Source: Zygnema circumcarinatum SAG 698-1b (lineage: Eukaryota > Plantae > Zygnematophyceae). Taken from it: DNA of 64,000 nucleotides. The notes under the pieces are model-generated. The model saw only the letters and a list, made by a program, of their open reading frames with translations, had not been told where the DNA came from and did not search any database. Positions 1-12,900 of the stretch are shown piece after piece; within the stretch, counting starts at the first letter, position 1, and each line of letters starts with the position of its first letter. Both the position numbers and the translations under genes were made by a program. Location of the stretch: contig CM074822.1 of assembly GCA_037447605.1 (NCBI GenBank), forward strand, positions 1,573,492 through 1,637,491. Reading direction: 5' to 3'.

Positions 1-113
1 TAATGCCGCACGCCTAATGTTAACACGGACACCCTTACATTTTCGCCCAATATTTGCCACCCCCGCGTTTTGTCTTTCGCACCCCCCCGTTTGAAAAAAT
101 TTCCTGCCCATTA

Positions 114-270
114 GGGGGTGTCAGACTTAACAAAATCTTATGAAAAGCGTTACGAAAAAAAAGGTTACGAAAGTACTCCGCCGCAGAAGGATCGCGATTA
201 TACTGGAGTACTCGTTCTGATGGCAAACTTACGAACACGCGTACTGAATTTTTTTAAGTCTGACACCCCC
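114..270. mobile_element. MITE (TA-flanked, Tc1/mariner-Stowaway-like)
   Basis: 17-bp TIRs GGGGGTGTCAGACTTAA...TTAAGTCTGACACCCCC, TA on both sides; second copy at 38214-38346. Confidence 0.8.
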
Positions 271-351
271 TAATATTAGGTCGTTTTGGCGTTGGCGTTG
301 CGAAATGCGTTCGCCTGGTTTTCTCTGTCTGCTCGTGCTCGGGCCGCATAA

Positions 352-1960
352 TGTTGATGTATGGGGTACATCAAGGTGTTGGTACTTAGTTCCTAGCATG
401 AATGTTGTCCGGGAGATCAATGTGTTGGTATAGGGACAATGTCATGCATGAACGGTCATGTTTGGTGTAGGACCGAACATGGGGGGTGCCCGTATCATTA
501 GGGCACGGTACGGCAGGTCTAGGAATAGTTTAGGGTCGTAGGTTTGCGGCTTTGACTTAGATCGAACCAAAGGGGGTGCGCGGAGTGCGCTTGGACGGAT
601 TGGAGCGCGGCCGTACGGACGGCGCGCGAATTGTACGGACGACGCGGAAGTTTGCGGACGCGGAGATTTGGAAGCGCGGGAGGCGGATTTGCGTGAAGCG
701 ACATGATTGGTCGCGACAGCACGCAAAACGCGGCGCATCTCTGAGCGTGACGTGACGCAGGGTTCGGCAATGTCGGTGGAGAACTTGTGAGATATTTGGA
801 GTGCGCTGATTGGTCGCAGCGCGAGTGCGGAGTACGGAGCGCAAAGCGGCTGAGTGCGCCGCGAGTGCGCGGAGTACTGACGAGCGAATCTGATTGGTCG
901 CGGCGCGAGCGCGAAACGCGGAGGGCAAAGTTGCGGCGCGGAAACGACAAGGAATGTCGGCGGCGAATCGCGACGCGCCACGTGGACACTTATATAGTGG
1001 GTCCGCTGGCTCGATTGTACGGCAGAATGGTCGGCGGGCGAAGAACGCTGAGGGCTGGCGAAGCGGCAGAATTGTACGGATGGACAAGAACTAGGTCGGT
1101 GCCATCGTAGGTTTACGAGGCGCACTAGCTGGTCGCTAATTCTGAGTGCGCCCACTCAGCGGAATGCAAGGGCCGGCCGTGACGTGACAATTGTGTCACG
1201 TCACATCGCCATGGTTGCTTAAGAGAGAGCAAGCTTGGCTCTCTCACTACTCACTCAACTCTAACTCGCTCAACTCTCTCTGAATGTAATGCTGCTCTGT
1301 CGTTGGTTGTTTAGGAAGAGCAAGCAGAGGTTGAGGCGTAGAGGAGTCCGGCCTTGTGTATGAAGGTCGTGAGAACTAGCTCTCATCATGCTAAGCTTTA
1401 GTGAAGAAGTTAGATGGTGTGTCCCTCATGTGTTGAGGTAGAGGAGGAGTTCATGGAGGCAGTTAGTGCTTGGCTACTGCAGTTGGGGTGTAAGCTATCT
1501 ATTAGAGAATAGGATAGCGCTCATGTGAGGAGGAGAATCTAGCATAAGGGATTATGTAGATTTCCTCAAAGAGCTTGTATTACACTCTTGAAGTTTAAGG
1601 AGTTTTATGGCCGTGGGCTTTCTCCTTATTACTGCATCATTTGTCATGTGAGTCCTCGTGTTGGATTGACGTGGTGGATGAGTGGAGGCAGCCATTGTAT
1701 GGGCGGTGTGTTGCTCCACATGAGGAGATCATTGAAGAAGCGTGGACTTGAGGAGCCGAGACCATGGAGGAGTTGAAGTGTTCTTGTAGGTGACGCGTTT
1801 AGTTTTCCGCTGTGCGCACCTGGCAAGGGGTGGATGGAAGGCAGTTTGTGGAGGAAGCGGTATGTGGCCCAAGTGGAAGATGAAGAAAGTTTTGAGCTTC
1901 ATCCGGGCATGTATTTATCCCTTCCTTGAAGTCTGCCCTCGGGCCCTCCTTGCACCAACA
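352..1960 (+). repeat. Family A LTR 1
   Basis: TGTTGATG...TGCACCAACA, followed by PBS at 1963-1974. Confidence 0.9.
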
Positions 1961-4900
1961 AGTGGTATCAGAGCTAACGGTTGAAGTCTTGGAGCATCTA
2001 GTGCTTAAGGTTCAGTCTTAGAGCTTATAGTTGTAATCCGAAAGAGTACCAAGTGAGAGTGAGGGTCTTGGAACATACTAGAGTGGGGGGTTTCAGATCC
2101 TTGAGAGTATGAGTTCCAAAGAGATAGATCCTTGACTAAAGAAAGAGCTGAAAGATAGTTCTTTGGGGGAGCTGAATAGTTGGCTCAAAGGTACTCAAGA
2201 GGATAGCTATGGTCAAACTCGGAGTCACGTTTATGGTTTCGTTTGTAGCAAGCAAGTTGCTGGAATACTCAGTTTTGAGTAGTCACAAGGAGAGGATGCG
2301 TTTGGAGTACTAGTCTTGGATGTACCGAGGAAAAGAGTGCGAAAAGAAAGGCTAGCTCTTAACGACATTGGATTTAACGCCGCTTTGAGAGATCCTGGCC
2401 AAGTGGGAGCTCGGCGTTCCCCGCGGGCGTGGAGGTGTTGCATCATTGAGTAGCACACACTTGAGGTGACCCAACTCAGCGGAGTTGGAGGAGGCAACGT
2501 GAGAGACGCACAAGCAAGGGTGGCCTAACCCTTTGGGAGCTTGTATGCTCGGATATGTCGAAGGCGAAGTTGCTTCATCGAAGGATTCGAGGGGAGGACT
2601 AACCAGCACTTCGAGAAGTGGAGAAGGCTCCAGTTCCATATCGAGATTGCCACGGTATGTGGAGGGGACTGCCCTCCCAAGCACGCTCTTGGGATTAGAG
2701 ACTAGCTTTGGAGTTAGAGACTAACAAACTGGAATCTTCACATCTGTTGTGGGAGAGACTAGGAGAGGTGTAGAGTGGCAAGGAGTGCCACGTAAGGAAT
2801 TAGTTCATTTCAGATGCGTCTGGGGTGAAGGAGGCCCAAGATCTAGGATCTAGGGGAGAAAGCTGCCCAGGAATCATTGCTTAAATCCTGACTAGTCTGG
2901 TGGACAGATCTAGTGGAATTGATAGTCACTAAAGATGTTAGTGAAGGACCACTAAGGAGGAGTTAAGGGAATTCCCCGAGGAGTAGTGGAGGAGATCAAT
3001 TCAGAGGTAGGGAGGTCGCAACTTTCTACAAGGAGTTTACTTCACGGAGGAGTAGATGTAGCAAAGAAGTAGAGTGGACAGAGTCAAGAGGCGTTGACAA
3101 CCATTCAAGAAGGGGCAAGGCTGAAGTCGGACGAGGAGGATTCCATTCCAAGTCGACATTATGCAGCCGGGAGCTTCTGGAGATCATTTTTGCTAACGAA
3201 CTTGCAGGGCTGATTCTTGTGGAGGGATCATTCGGATCCAAGGAGATCTCGGCATGGTGGCTCAGTCGTGTCCAGACGTGGACCTGATCTTTGTTCGAAG
3301 AGTTTGCTGGGAGTGCACGCTTAGTTTACTCGGGAACAAGGGATAGAAATTTTCAGAGGAGGAGCCAAGTTGCTGAACTCAAGAGGAGGCAAGAGGAGTT
3401 GATGGATCTCGAAGGAGAAGTGGCGTACAGCTGCCTTGAAAGACAAGGTGTAGTACTTTTAGACCACTGAATTTTTATTTGAATTTTTTTTCTTTAAAAG
3501 GTGAAATTATTTTGGAGGCAAGCAGGTGGAGCTAGATGCAGATGGAGACCCTTGTGAAGGGATAGAGCGGAGTAGCTCGTACTTCTTCGAAAAGAGGAAG
3601 GTGCAGCGGTGGACGTTGGCACGACAGCTTGTGGAGCTCGGCATCAAAGAACTCGGTCACTTAAGCTGGTAGAGCTTGAGGGTGCTTGCAAGGACTAGGA
3701 TCTTCAGAGGTGCCTAGGTCCGGAAGTCACAAGAGGACAGGGGCATCGACATGGAGCTGGCGTGGTCGCACTCATGAGGGGATGGCGCTCTGAAACAAGG
3801 TACCGCAGCCTTGCACCTTTTGTGTGATAGACTTTTGAGGGAGAGATTTCGGTTTCCCTCAAAGGAAGAAGATAGTCAGACTCAGGTACATGGTTAGAGG
3901 AGGGTGCTTCTAGTGTAGCCCGAAAGACTAATCATGCTTATCATTAGCGGAGGAGCAGCAAGACCATAGGCTGGAGATGCTGACTTCAGATGACCTTTCT
4001 CCGGAGTGGGAGAAATGAAGAAGAGGCTATGATAGTGGAGGCTGAGCAGTTTTGAAGCGTTGAAGAGAAGACCTTGAAGATTCGAGGAGCTGCAAGTGAT
4101 CATGGAGATCAAGTGGCGGCAAGGAGCGCTTGAGGGCGCGGCTGGTGGCAACGGAATCAAGGGAGAGGCAGAGTGTGGAGATTGTCATCATGATGATGGT
4201 GCAGTACACTTCCCTTCTTGGCATTCCTTAGAAAGTCACTAAGCTGGAGTGAGGTGTTTTCAAATGCATATGAAAGGTGCAGAAATTACACTCGTTGAGA
4301 TTTTGACACGCAATCAAGAAAGTGTCAAGCAGGGTTTGTAGGACACTTATAGAGGAAGAGGAACATCTAGTTTGTTGGCTCATTGATGGAGTAGGTGAGC
4401 AGAGTTAAGACCCCAAAGGTGGAGTACAAGCGGAGGGTGCCGAGATGACGAAGCTAGAGGTGGCTTTGGAGGACCAGTCCTTGTACAAGGAGGCTGTTTA
4501 GCTTAAGAGGGGGTAGGTAAGGTGTTCAGGTTTGGCCTTGGCAGATGGTGCTAAGGAGAGCTTGTCCATGGGGGATGAGTTAGTTCATAGTGTGAGGTCC
4601 CAGGATCATGTAGAGGAAGTTGTTGGAGAAGGAGGCACTTCATTTGGGTGGAGGCCTACAACAAATGGCGAGAGTACCACGAGGAAGATTCGAAGGACAG
4701 CTTAGAACGACCTCATGTTTATGAGGGGGTGAGCGGCAATGGAGAAGACGACATTTTGGATGTGTGAGTTGGGAGGAGAAGTTGGGACTTCTCGGGTTTA
4801 CCTTTGGAGAATGACTTTGCAGATGTTGAAGGTTCCAACCACATTATTGACAAGGTGTCAATTGCGCTCAAGGAGGATCTGATGTGCAATCGATGCACAT

Positions 4901-5083
4901 GCGGAGGGAAGACCATCGTTTGAAGGAGATGGCCCGGGGGAGAGTGCAATGGCTATTGCATTCACGGTGGAATCAATCAAGGGGTTGATGTGCAAGCGGC
5001 AAGGTATGCCTAAGTTAGTGTTGCTAAGCTTAGGGTGCAATGTTAGTATAGCTTGCAAGGAACTTACGTACCAAGAGGGGGAT
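1961..5083 (+). pseudogene. Internal region 1: heavily decayed Copia pol relic, no long ORF
   Basis: Short translated remnants in Copia order: GIDMELAWSHS*GDG (~3742, cf. GIRHEFSAPYSPQQNG), SCK*...KERLRARLVA (~4088-4150, cf. GCKW...DRYKARLVA), FQMHMKGA (~4258, cf. HQLDIKTA). Confidence 0.6.
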
Positions 5084-6700
5084 TGTTGATGTATGGGGTA
5101 CATCAAGGTGTTGGTACTTAGTTCCTAGCATGAATGTTGTCCGGGAGATCAATGTGTTGGTATAGGGACAATGTCATGCATGAACGGTCATGTTTGGTGT
5201 AGGACCGAACATGGGGGGTGCCCGTATCATTAGGGCACGGTACGGCAGGTCTAGGAATAGTTTAGGGTCGTAGGTTTGCGGCTTTGACTTAGATCGAACC
5301 AAAGGGGGTGCGCGGAGTGCGCTTGGACGGATTGGAGCGCGGCCGTACGGACGGCGCGCGAATTGTACGGACGACGCGGAAGTTTGCGGACGCGGAGATT
5401 TGGAAGCGCGGGAGGCGGATTTGCGTGAAGCGACATGATTGGTCGCGACAGCACGCAAAACGCGGCGCATCTCTGAGCGTGACGTGACGCAGGGTTCGGC
5501 AATGTCGGTGGAGAACTTGTGAGATATTTGGAGTGCGCTGATTGGTCGCAGCGCGAGTGCGGAGTACGGAGCGCAAAGCGGCTGAGTGCGCCGCGAGTGC
5601 GCGGAGTACTGACGAGCGAATCTAATTGGTCGCGGCGCGAGCGCGAAACGCGGAGGGAGAAGTTGCGGCGCGGAAACGACAAGGGAATGTCGGCGGCGAA
5701 TCGAGACACGCCATGTGGACCACTCGCGGAGTGGGTTCGCTGGCTCGATTGTACGGCAGAATGGTCGGCGGGCGAAGAATGCTACTGAGGGCTGGCGAAG
5801 CGGCGGAACTGTACGGATGGACAAGAACTAGGTCGGCGCCATCGTAGGTTTACGAGGCGCACTAGCTGGTCGCTAATTCTGAGTGCGCCCACTCAGCGGA
5901 ATGCAAGGGCCGGCCGTGACGTGACAATTGTGTCACGTCACATCGCCATGGTTGCTTAAGAGAGAGCAAGCTTGGCTCTCTCACTACTCAACTCACTCAC
6001 TAACTCAAGCTCAACTCTCTCTGAATGTAATGCTGCTCTGTCGTTGGTTGTTTAGGAAGAGCAAGCAGAGGTTGAGGCGTAGAGGAGTCCGGCCTTGTGT
6101 ATGAAGGTCGTGAGAACTAGCTCTCATCATGCTAAGCTTTAGTGAAGAAGTTAGATGATGTGTCCCTCATGTGTTGAGGTAGAGGAGGAGTTCATGGAGG
6201 CAGCTAGTGCTTGGCTACTGCAGTGGGGTGTAGGCTATCTACCAGAGAATAGGATAGCGCTCATGTGAGGAGGAGAATCTAGCATAAGGGATTATGTAGA
6301 TTTCCTCAAAGAGCTTGTATTACACTCTTGAAGTTTAAGGAGTTTTATGGCCGTGGGCTTTCTCCTTATTACTGCATCATTTGTCATGTGAGTCCTCGTG
6401 TTGGATTGACGTGGTGGATGAGTGGAGGCGACCATTGTATGGGCGGTGTGTTGCTCCACACGAGGAGATCATTGGAGGAGCGTGGACTTGAGGAGCCGAG
6501 ACCATGGAGGAGTTGAAGTGTTCTTGTAGGTGACGCGTTTAGTTTTCCGCTGTGCGCACCTGGCAAGGGGTGGATGGAAGGCAGTTTGTGGAGGAAGCGG
6601 TATGTGGCCCAAGTGGAAGATGAAGAAAGTTTTGAGCTTCATCCGGGCATGTATTTATCCCTTCCTTGAAGTCTGCCCTCGGGCCCTCCTTGCACCAACA
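5084..6700 (+). repeat. Family A LTR 2 (shared middle LTR)
   Basis: Preceded by PPT, followed by PBS at 6703-6714. Confidence 0.9.
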
Positions 6701-9700
6701 AGTGGTATCAGAGCTAACGGTTGAAGTCTTGGAGCATCTAGTGCTTAAGGTTCAGTCTTAGAGCTTATAGTTGTAATCCGAAAGAGTACCAAGTGAGAGT
6801 GAGGGTCTTGGAGCATACTAGAGTGGGGGGTTTCAGATCCTTGAGAGTATGAGTTCCAAAGAGATAGATCCTTGACTAGAGAAAGAGCTGAAAGATAGTT
6901 CTTTGGGGGAGCTGAATAGTTGGCTCAAAGGTACTCAAGAGGATAGCTATGGTCAAACTCGGAGTCACGTTTATGGTTTCGTTTGTAGCAAGCAAGTTGC
7001 TGGAATACTCAGTTTTGAGTAGTCACAAGGAGAGGATGCGTTTGGAGTACTAGTCTTGACAGCTCGAGGAAAAGAGTGCGAAAGAAGGCTAGCCTAATGA
7101 CATTGATTCTAACGTCGTTTTGAGAGATCCGGCTCAAGGGAGTCAAGTTCTGGCGGCGTGGATCTGGTGCATTGAGGTGCACACACTTGAGGTGACCCAA
7201 CTCAGCGGAGTTGGAGGCGGCAGCGTGAGAGACGCACAAGCAAGGGTGGACTCACCTTTGGGAGCTTGTATGCTCGGATATGTCGAAGGCGAAGTTGCTT
7301 CATCGAAGGATTCGAGGGGAGGACTAACCAGCACTTCGAGAAGTGGAGAAGGCTCCAGTTCCATATCGAGATTGCCACGGTATGTGGAGGGGACTGCCCT
7401 CCCAAGCACGCTCTTGGGATTAGAGACTAGCTTTGGAGTTAGAGACTAACAAACTGGAATCTTCACATCTCTTGTGGGAGAGACTAGGAGAGGTGTAGAG
7501 TGGCAAGGAGTGCCACGTAAGGAATTAGTTCATTTCAGATGCGTCTGGGGTGAAGGAGGCCCAAGATCTAGGATCTAGGGGAGAAAGCTGCCCAGGAATC
7601 ATTGCTTAAATCCTGACTAGTCTGGTGGACAGATCTAGTGGAATTGATAGTCACTAAAGATGTTAGTGAAGGACCACTAAGGAGGAGTTAAGGGAATTCC
7701 CCGAGGAGTAGTGGAGGAGATCAATTCAGAGGTAGGGAGGTCGCAACTTTCTACAAGGAGTTTACTTCACGGAGGAGTAGATGTAGCAAAGAAGTAGAGT
7801 GGACAGAGTCAAGAGGCGTTGACAACCATTCAAGAAGGGGCAAGGCTGAAGTCGGACGAGGAGGATTCCATTCCAAGTCGACATTATGCAGCCGGGAGCT
7901 TCTGGAGATCATTTTTGCTAACGAACTTGCAGGGCTGATTCTTGTGGAGGGATCATTCGGATCCAAGGAGATCTCGGCATGGTGGCTCAGTCGTGTCCAG
8001 ACGTGGACCTGATCTTTGTTCGAAGAGTTTGGCTGGGAGTGCACGCTTAGTTTACTCGGGAACAAGGGATAGAAATTTTCAGAGGAGGAGCCAAGTTGCT
8101 GAACTCAAGAGGAGGCAAGAGGAGTTGATGGATCTCGAAGGAGAAGTGGCGTACAGCTGCCTTGAAAGACAAGGTGTAGTACTTTTAGACCACTGAATTT
8201 TTATTTGAATTTTTTTTCTTTAAAAGGTGAAATTATTTTGGAGGCAAGCAGGTGGAGCTAGATGCAGATGGAGACCCTTGTGAAGGGATAGAGCGGAGTA
8301 GCTCGTACTTCTTCGAAAAGAGGAAGGTGCAGCGGTGGACGTTGGCACGACAGCTTGTGGAGCTCGGCATCAAAGAACTCGGTCACTTAAGCTGGTAGAG
8401 CTTGAGGGTGCTTGCAAGGACTAGGATCTTCAGAGGTGCCTAGGTCCGGAAGTCACAAGAGGACAGGGGCATCGACATGGAGCTGGCGTGGTCGCACTCA
8501 TGAGGGGATGGCGCTCTGAAACAAGGTACCGCAGCCTTGCACCTTTTGTGTGATAGACTTTTGAGGGAGAGATTTCGGTTTCCCTCAAAGGAAGAAGATA
8601 GTCAGACTCAGGTACATGGTTAGAGGAGGGTGCTTCTAGTGTAGCCCGAAAGACTAATCATGCTTATCATTAGCGGAGGAGCAGCAAGACCATAGGCTGG
8701 AGATGCTGACTTCAGATGACCTTTCTCCGGAGTGGGAGAAATGAAGAAGAGGCTATGATAGTGGAGGCTGAGCAGTTTTGAAGCGTTGAAGAGAAGACCT
8801 TGAAGATTCGAGGAGCTGCAAGTGATCATGGAGATCAAGTGGCGGCAAGGAGCGCTTGAGGGCGCGGCTGGTGGCAACGGAATCAAGGGAGAGGCAGAGT
8901 GTGGAGATTGTCATCATGATGATGGTGCAGTACACTTCCCTTCTTGGCATTCCTTAGAAAGTCACTAAGCTGGAGTGAGGTGTTTTCAAATGCATATGAA
9001 AGGTGCAGAAATTACACTCGTTGAGATTTTGACACGCGAATCAAGAAAGTGTCAAGCAGGGTTTGTAGGACACTTATAGAGGAAGAGGAACATCTAGTTT
9101 GTTGGCTCATTGATGGAGTAGGTGAGCAGAGTTAAGACCCCAAAGGTGGAGTACAAGCGGAGGGTGCCGAGATGACGAAGCTAGAGGTGGCTTTGGAGGA
9201 CCAGTCCTTGTACAAGGAGGCTGTTTAGCTTAAGAGGGGGTAGGTAAGGTGTTCAGGTTTGGCCTTGGCAGATGGTGCTAAGGAGAGCTTGTCCATGGGG
9301 GATGAGTTAGTTCATAGTGTGAGGTCCCAGGATCATGTAGAGGAAGTTGTTGGAGAAGGAGGCACTTCATTTGGGTGGAGGCCTACAACAAATGGCGAGA
9401 GTACCACGAGGAAGATTCGAAGGACAGCTTAGAACGACCTCATGTTTATGAGGGGGTGAGCGGCAATGGAGAAGACGACATTTTGGATGTGTGAGTTGGG
9501 AGGAGAAGTTGGGACTTCTCGGGTTTACCTTTGGAGAATGACTTTGCAGATGTTGAAGGTTCCAACCACATTATTGACAAGGTGTCAATTGCGCTCAAGG
9601 AGGATCTGATGTGCAATCGATGCACATGCGGAGGGAAGACCATCGTTTGAAGGAGATGGCCCGGGGGAGAGTGCAATGGCTATTGCATTCACGGTGGAAT

Positions 9701-9810
9701 CAATCAAGGGGTTGATGTGCAAGCGGCAAGGTATGCCTAAGTTAGTGTTGCTAAGCTTAGGGTGCAATGTTAGTATAGCTTGCAAGGAACTTACGTACCA
9801 AGAGGGGGAT
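6701..9810 (+). pseudogene. Internal region 2: near-identical copy of internal region 1
   Basis: Direct repeat of 1961-5083 except for a divergent block at ~7040-7250. Confidence 0.6.
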
Positions 9811-11428
9811 TGTTGATGTATGGGGTACATCAAGGTGTTGGTACTTAGTTCCTAGCATGAATGTTGTCCGGGAGATCAATGTGTTGGTATAGGGACAATG
9901 TCATGCATGAACGGTCATGTTTGGTGTAGGACCGAACATGGGTGGTGCCCGTATCATTAGGGCACGGTACGGCAGGTTTAGGAATAGTCTAGGGTCGTAG
10001 GTTTGCGGCTTTGACTTAGATCGAACCAAAGGGGGTGCGCGGAGTGCGCTTGGACGGATTGGAGCGCGGCCGTACGGACGGCGCGCGAATTGTACGGACG
10101 ACGCGGAAGTTTGCGGACGCGGAGATTTGGAAGCGCGGGAGGCGGATTTGCGTGAAGCGACATGATTGGTCGCGACAGCACGCAAAACGCGGCGCATCTC
10201 TGAGCGTGACGTGACGCAGGGTTCGGCAATGTCGGTGGAGAACTTGTGAGATATTTGGAGTGCGCTGATTGGTCGCAGCGCGAGTGCGGAGTACGGAGCG
10301 CAAAGCGGCTGAGTGCGCCGCGAGTGCGCGGAGTACTGACGAGCGAATCTAATTGGTCGCGGCGCGAGCGCGAAACGCGGAGGGAGAAGTTGCGGCGCGG
10401 AAACGACAAGGGAATGTCGGCGGCGAATCGAGACGCGCCATGTGGACCAGTCGCGGAGTGGGTTCGCTGGCTCGATTGTACGGCAGAATGGTCGGCAGGC
10501 GAAGAATGCTACTGAGGGCTGGCGAAGCGGCGGAACTGTACGGATGGACAAGAACTAGGTCGGTGCCATCGTAGGTTTACGAGGCGCACTAGCTGGTCGC
10601 TAATTCTGAGTGCGCCCACTCAGCGGAATGCAAGGGCCGGCCGTGACGTGACAATTGTGTCACGTCACATCGCCATGGTTGCTTAAGAGAGAGCAAGCTT
10701 GGCTCTCTCACTACTCAACTACTCAACTCACTAACTCAAGCTCAACTCTCTCTGAATGTAATGCTGCTCTGTCGTTGGTTGTTTAGGAAGAGCAAGCAGA
10801 GGTTGAGGCGTAGAGGAGTCCGGCCTTGTGTATGAAGGTCGTGAGAACTAGCTCTCATCATGCTAAGCTTTAGTGAAGAAGTTAGATGATGTGTCCCTCA
10901 TGTGTTGAGGTAGAGGAGGAGTTCATGGAGGCAGTAAGTGCTTGGCTACTGCAGTCGGGGTGTAGGCTATCAGAGAATAGGATAGCGCTCATGTGAGGAG
11001 GAGAATCTAGCATAAGGGATTATGTAGATTTCCTCAAAGAGCTTGTATTACACTCTTGAAGTTTAAGGAGTTTTATGGCCGTGGGCTTTCTCCTTATTAC
11101 TGCATCATTTGTCATGTGAGTCCTCGTGTTGGATTGACGTGGTGGATGAGTGGAGGCAGCCATTGTATGGGCGGTGTGTTGCTCCACACGAGGAGATCAT
11201 TGGAGGAGCGTGGACTTGAGGAGCCGAGACCATGGAGGAGTTGAAGTGTTCTTGTAGGTGACGCGTTTAGTTTTCCGCTGTGCGCACCTGGCAAGGGGTG
11301 GATGGAAGGCAGTTTGTGGAGGAAGCGGTATGTGGCCCAAGTGGAAGATGAAGAAAGTTTTGAGCTTCATCCGGGCATGTATTTATCCCTTCCTTGAAGT
11401 CTGCTCTCGGGCCCTCCTTGCACCAACA
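9811..11428 (+). repeat. Family A LTR 3
   Basis: Preceded by PPT, followed by TSD CATAA. Confidence 0.9.
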
Positions 11429-12079
11429 CATAATACCGTACAGTGGTACGTTCGTACGACCGTACATGTTGGAAAGGCGTTGTAAATAAATATATATCAG
11501 CCGTTATCTATTCGTCACAGTTGTATAATATAATATATAATATATAATCGTAACTAATCCATCCCTACTAGAGAGTCGAGGCCGCGGCGTGCGCTGCCTT
11601 CCTGGCCACGTCACTGGTCAGCACGTGCGATGGAACGCGCGCATTGGACGGAGCCCCGGAATTTGCGGCTGAAAGTGTAGGTCTGGAACGTGGCAGTGTT
11701 GGAGTGGCCGAGAAATTTGTGCACGTATAAGGGGAAGGTCTGACTGACGGAAATTTTCCAGGTCAAACCCGGGGAAGGGTCCACTGGCGGGTCAACGCGG
11801 AGGAAAGCGCGTTGCGGGTCCGGTGATGGATGAAGAAAGATCCGGGCAGGAGGGAAAGTTTTCAACGAGAGTTTAGGCGGCAGAAAACGTTTGATTTGGC
11901 GGACTGACGCGTGGTGATTGAACGATGGGGCGATTTTTATGGGGAGATTGTTTCAGGTTTGCGGGCAGACGAGTACAAATTAAATTGACGTGTCGGCGGA
12001 TTCCCGCCCGAGGGCTGAGCTAACGCGTCGGAGAATTTTCACCGATAAGGGCATGACGGGCAGACCAAANNNNNNNNNN

Positions 12080-12900
12080 GAGAAACGAGTTTCCTTAAGG
12101 AAACTGATACCCCGTCACCCCATTTTGAATATCTCTTCCCCCTGAATTATTTTTTTTGAGAGAAAAAAATATCGGCCTGCCCGAATCCGCTCAGAGAGGA
12201 AGATTCGTCCGCCACGAGATCGTTTTCGCGGGTGTCTGTTCTTTACACGTGCGGTGAATCGCAGCCGTCGATAACCTCGCAGATCGCCCCACCACAACCG
12301 TTGCACTGCAGCCCGGGCTCTGTCCCATCGAATGGCACGGGTCCACGTGTCCCGCCAAAGCGTGCCCCGCCCACCCTTCCAAAAGAGGGCCAAGACTGAG
12401 TGACCCACAAAACGACAAAATCGCTATACGCCTACGCGTACAACGCGTACGCCTACTTGCGCAATTAGCGGCAACTGGGGGCGGTGTGACCCTAAAAACG
12501 ACAAAAATATCCACCAGACCAACAGGTAAATGACGCGCAAGACGACAATTAATCTAACCGTCGTTTGTACCCGTCGTTTAATCTCCGCCATTTCCGACTG
12601 CCGTCCGCGGACTCCACTTTTGTCGCGTCTCGTTTCGTCACGTCACGGTCCCAAACATACTTGTCACGTCATATGTTGCCGCGACCAATCATGTCGCTCC
12701 ACGTGTTGCGCCCTTATACCTTGTAGACGCGCGCGCTTCGTACATTTCAAATCACTATCCGTACATCCGACGAAAAAAGGTCTGTATCTATTCTGAAAAG
12801 TATGAAACAGCGCCGGGCAACAAAAAAAAGGATTTTCTTGCTGCCCGGCGAAAACGTACACTACATTTAGAAAAAGTACACTGTAAATAGTCGCCCCCTT
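12080..12900. mobile_element. Older degenerate relative of the MULE termini
   Basis: 12110-12330 is similar to 19255-19397; 12770-12860 is similar to the MULE TIR segment 18958-19030. Confidence 0.45.

Larger units (their letters stand above)
352..11428 (+). mobile_element. Non-autonomous Copia-derived LTR element (family A) in LTR-internal-LTR-internal-LTR tandem
   Basis: Three ~1.61-kb TG..CA LTRs; PBS TGGTATCAGAGC (tRNA-iMet) after LTR1 and LTR2; PPT AAGAGGGGGAT before LTR2 and LTR3; 5-bp TSD CATAA at 347-351 and 11429-11433. Confidence 0.9.

Noticed and set aside
442-1155. Arg/Ala-rich ORFs in family A LTRs (also 5174-5824, 9901-10551, 35581-36231)
   Set aside because: They arise from GC-rich LTR sequence, differ by frameshifts between copies and show no recognisable domain
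2300-2530. Divergent block between the two internal repeats as a recombination tract
   Set aside because: Dense small indels look like low-quality read consensus; similar noisy blocks occur at ~17040-17500, 26900-27200 and 31600-31810
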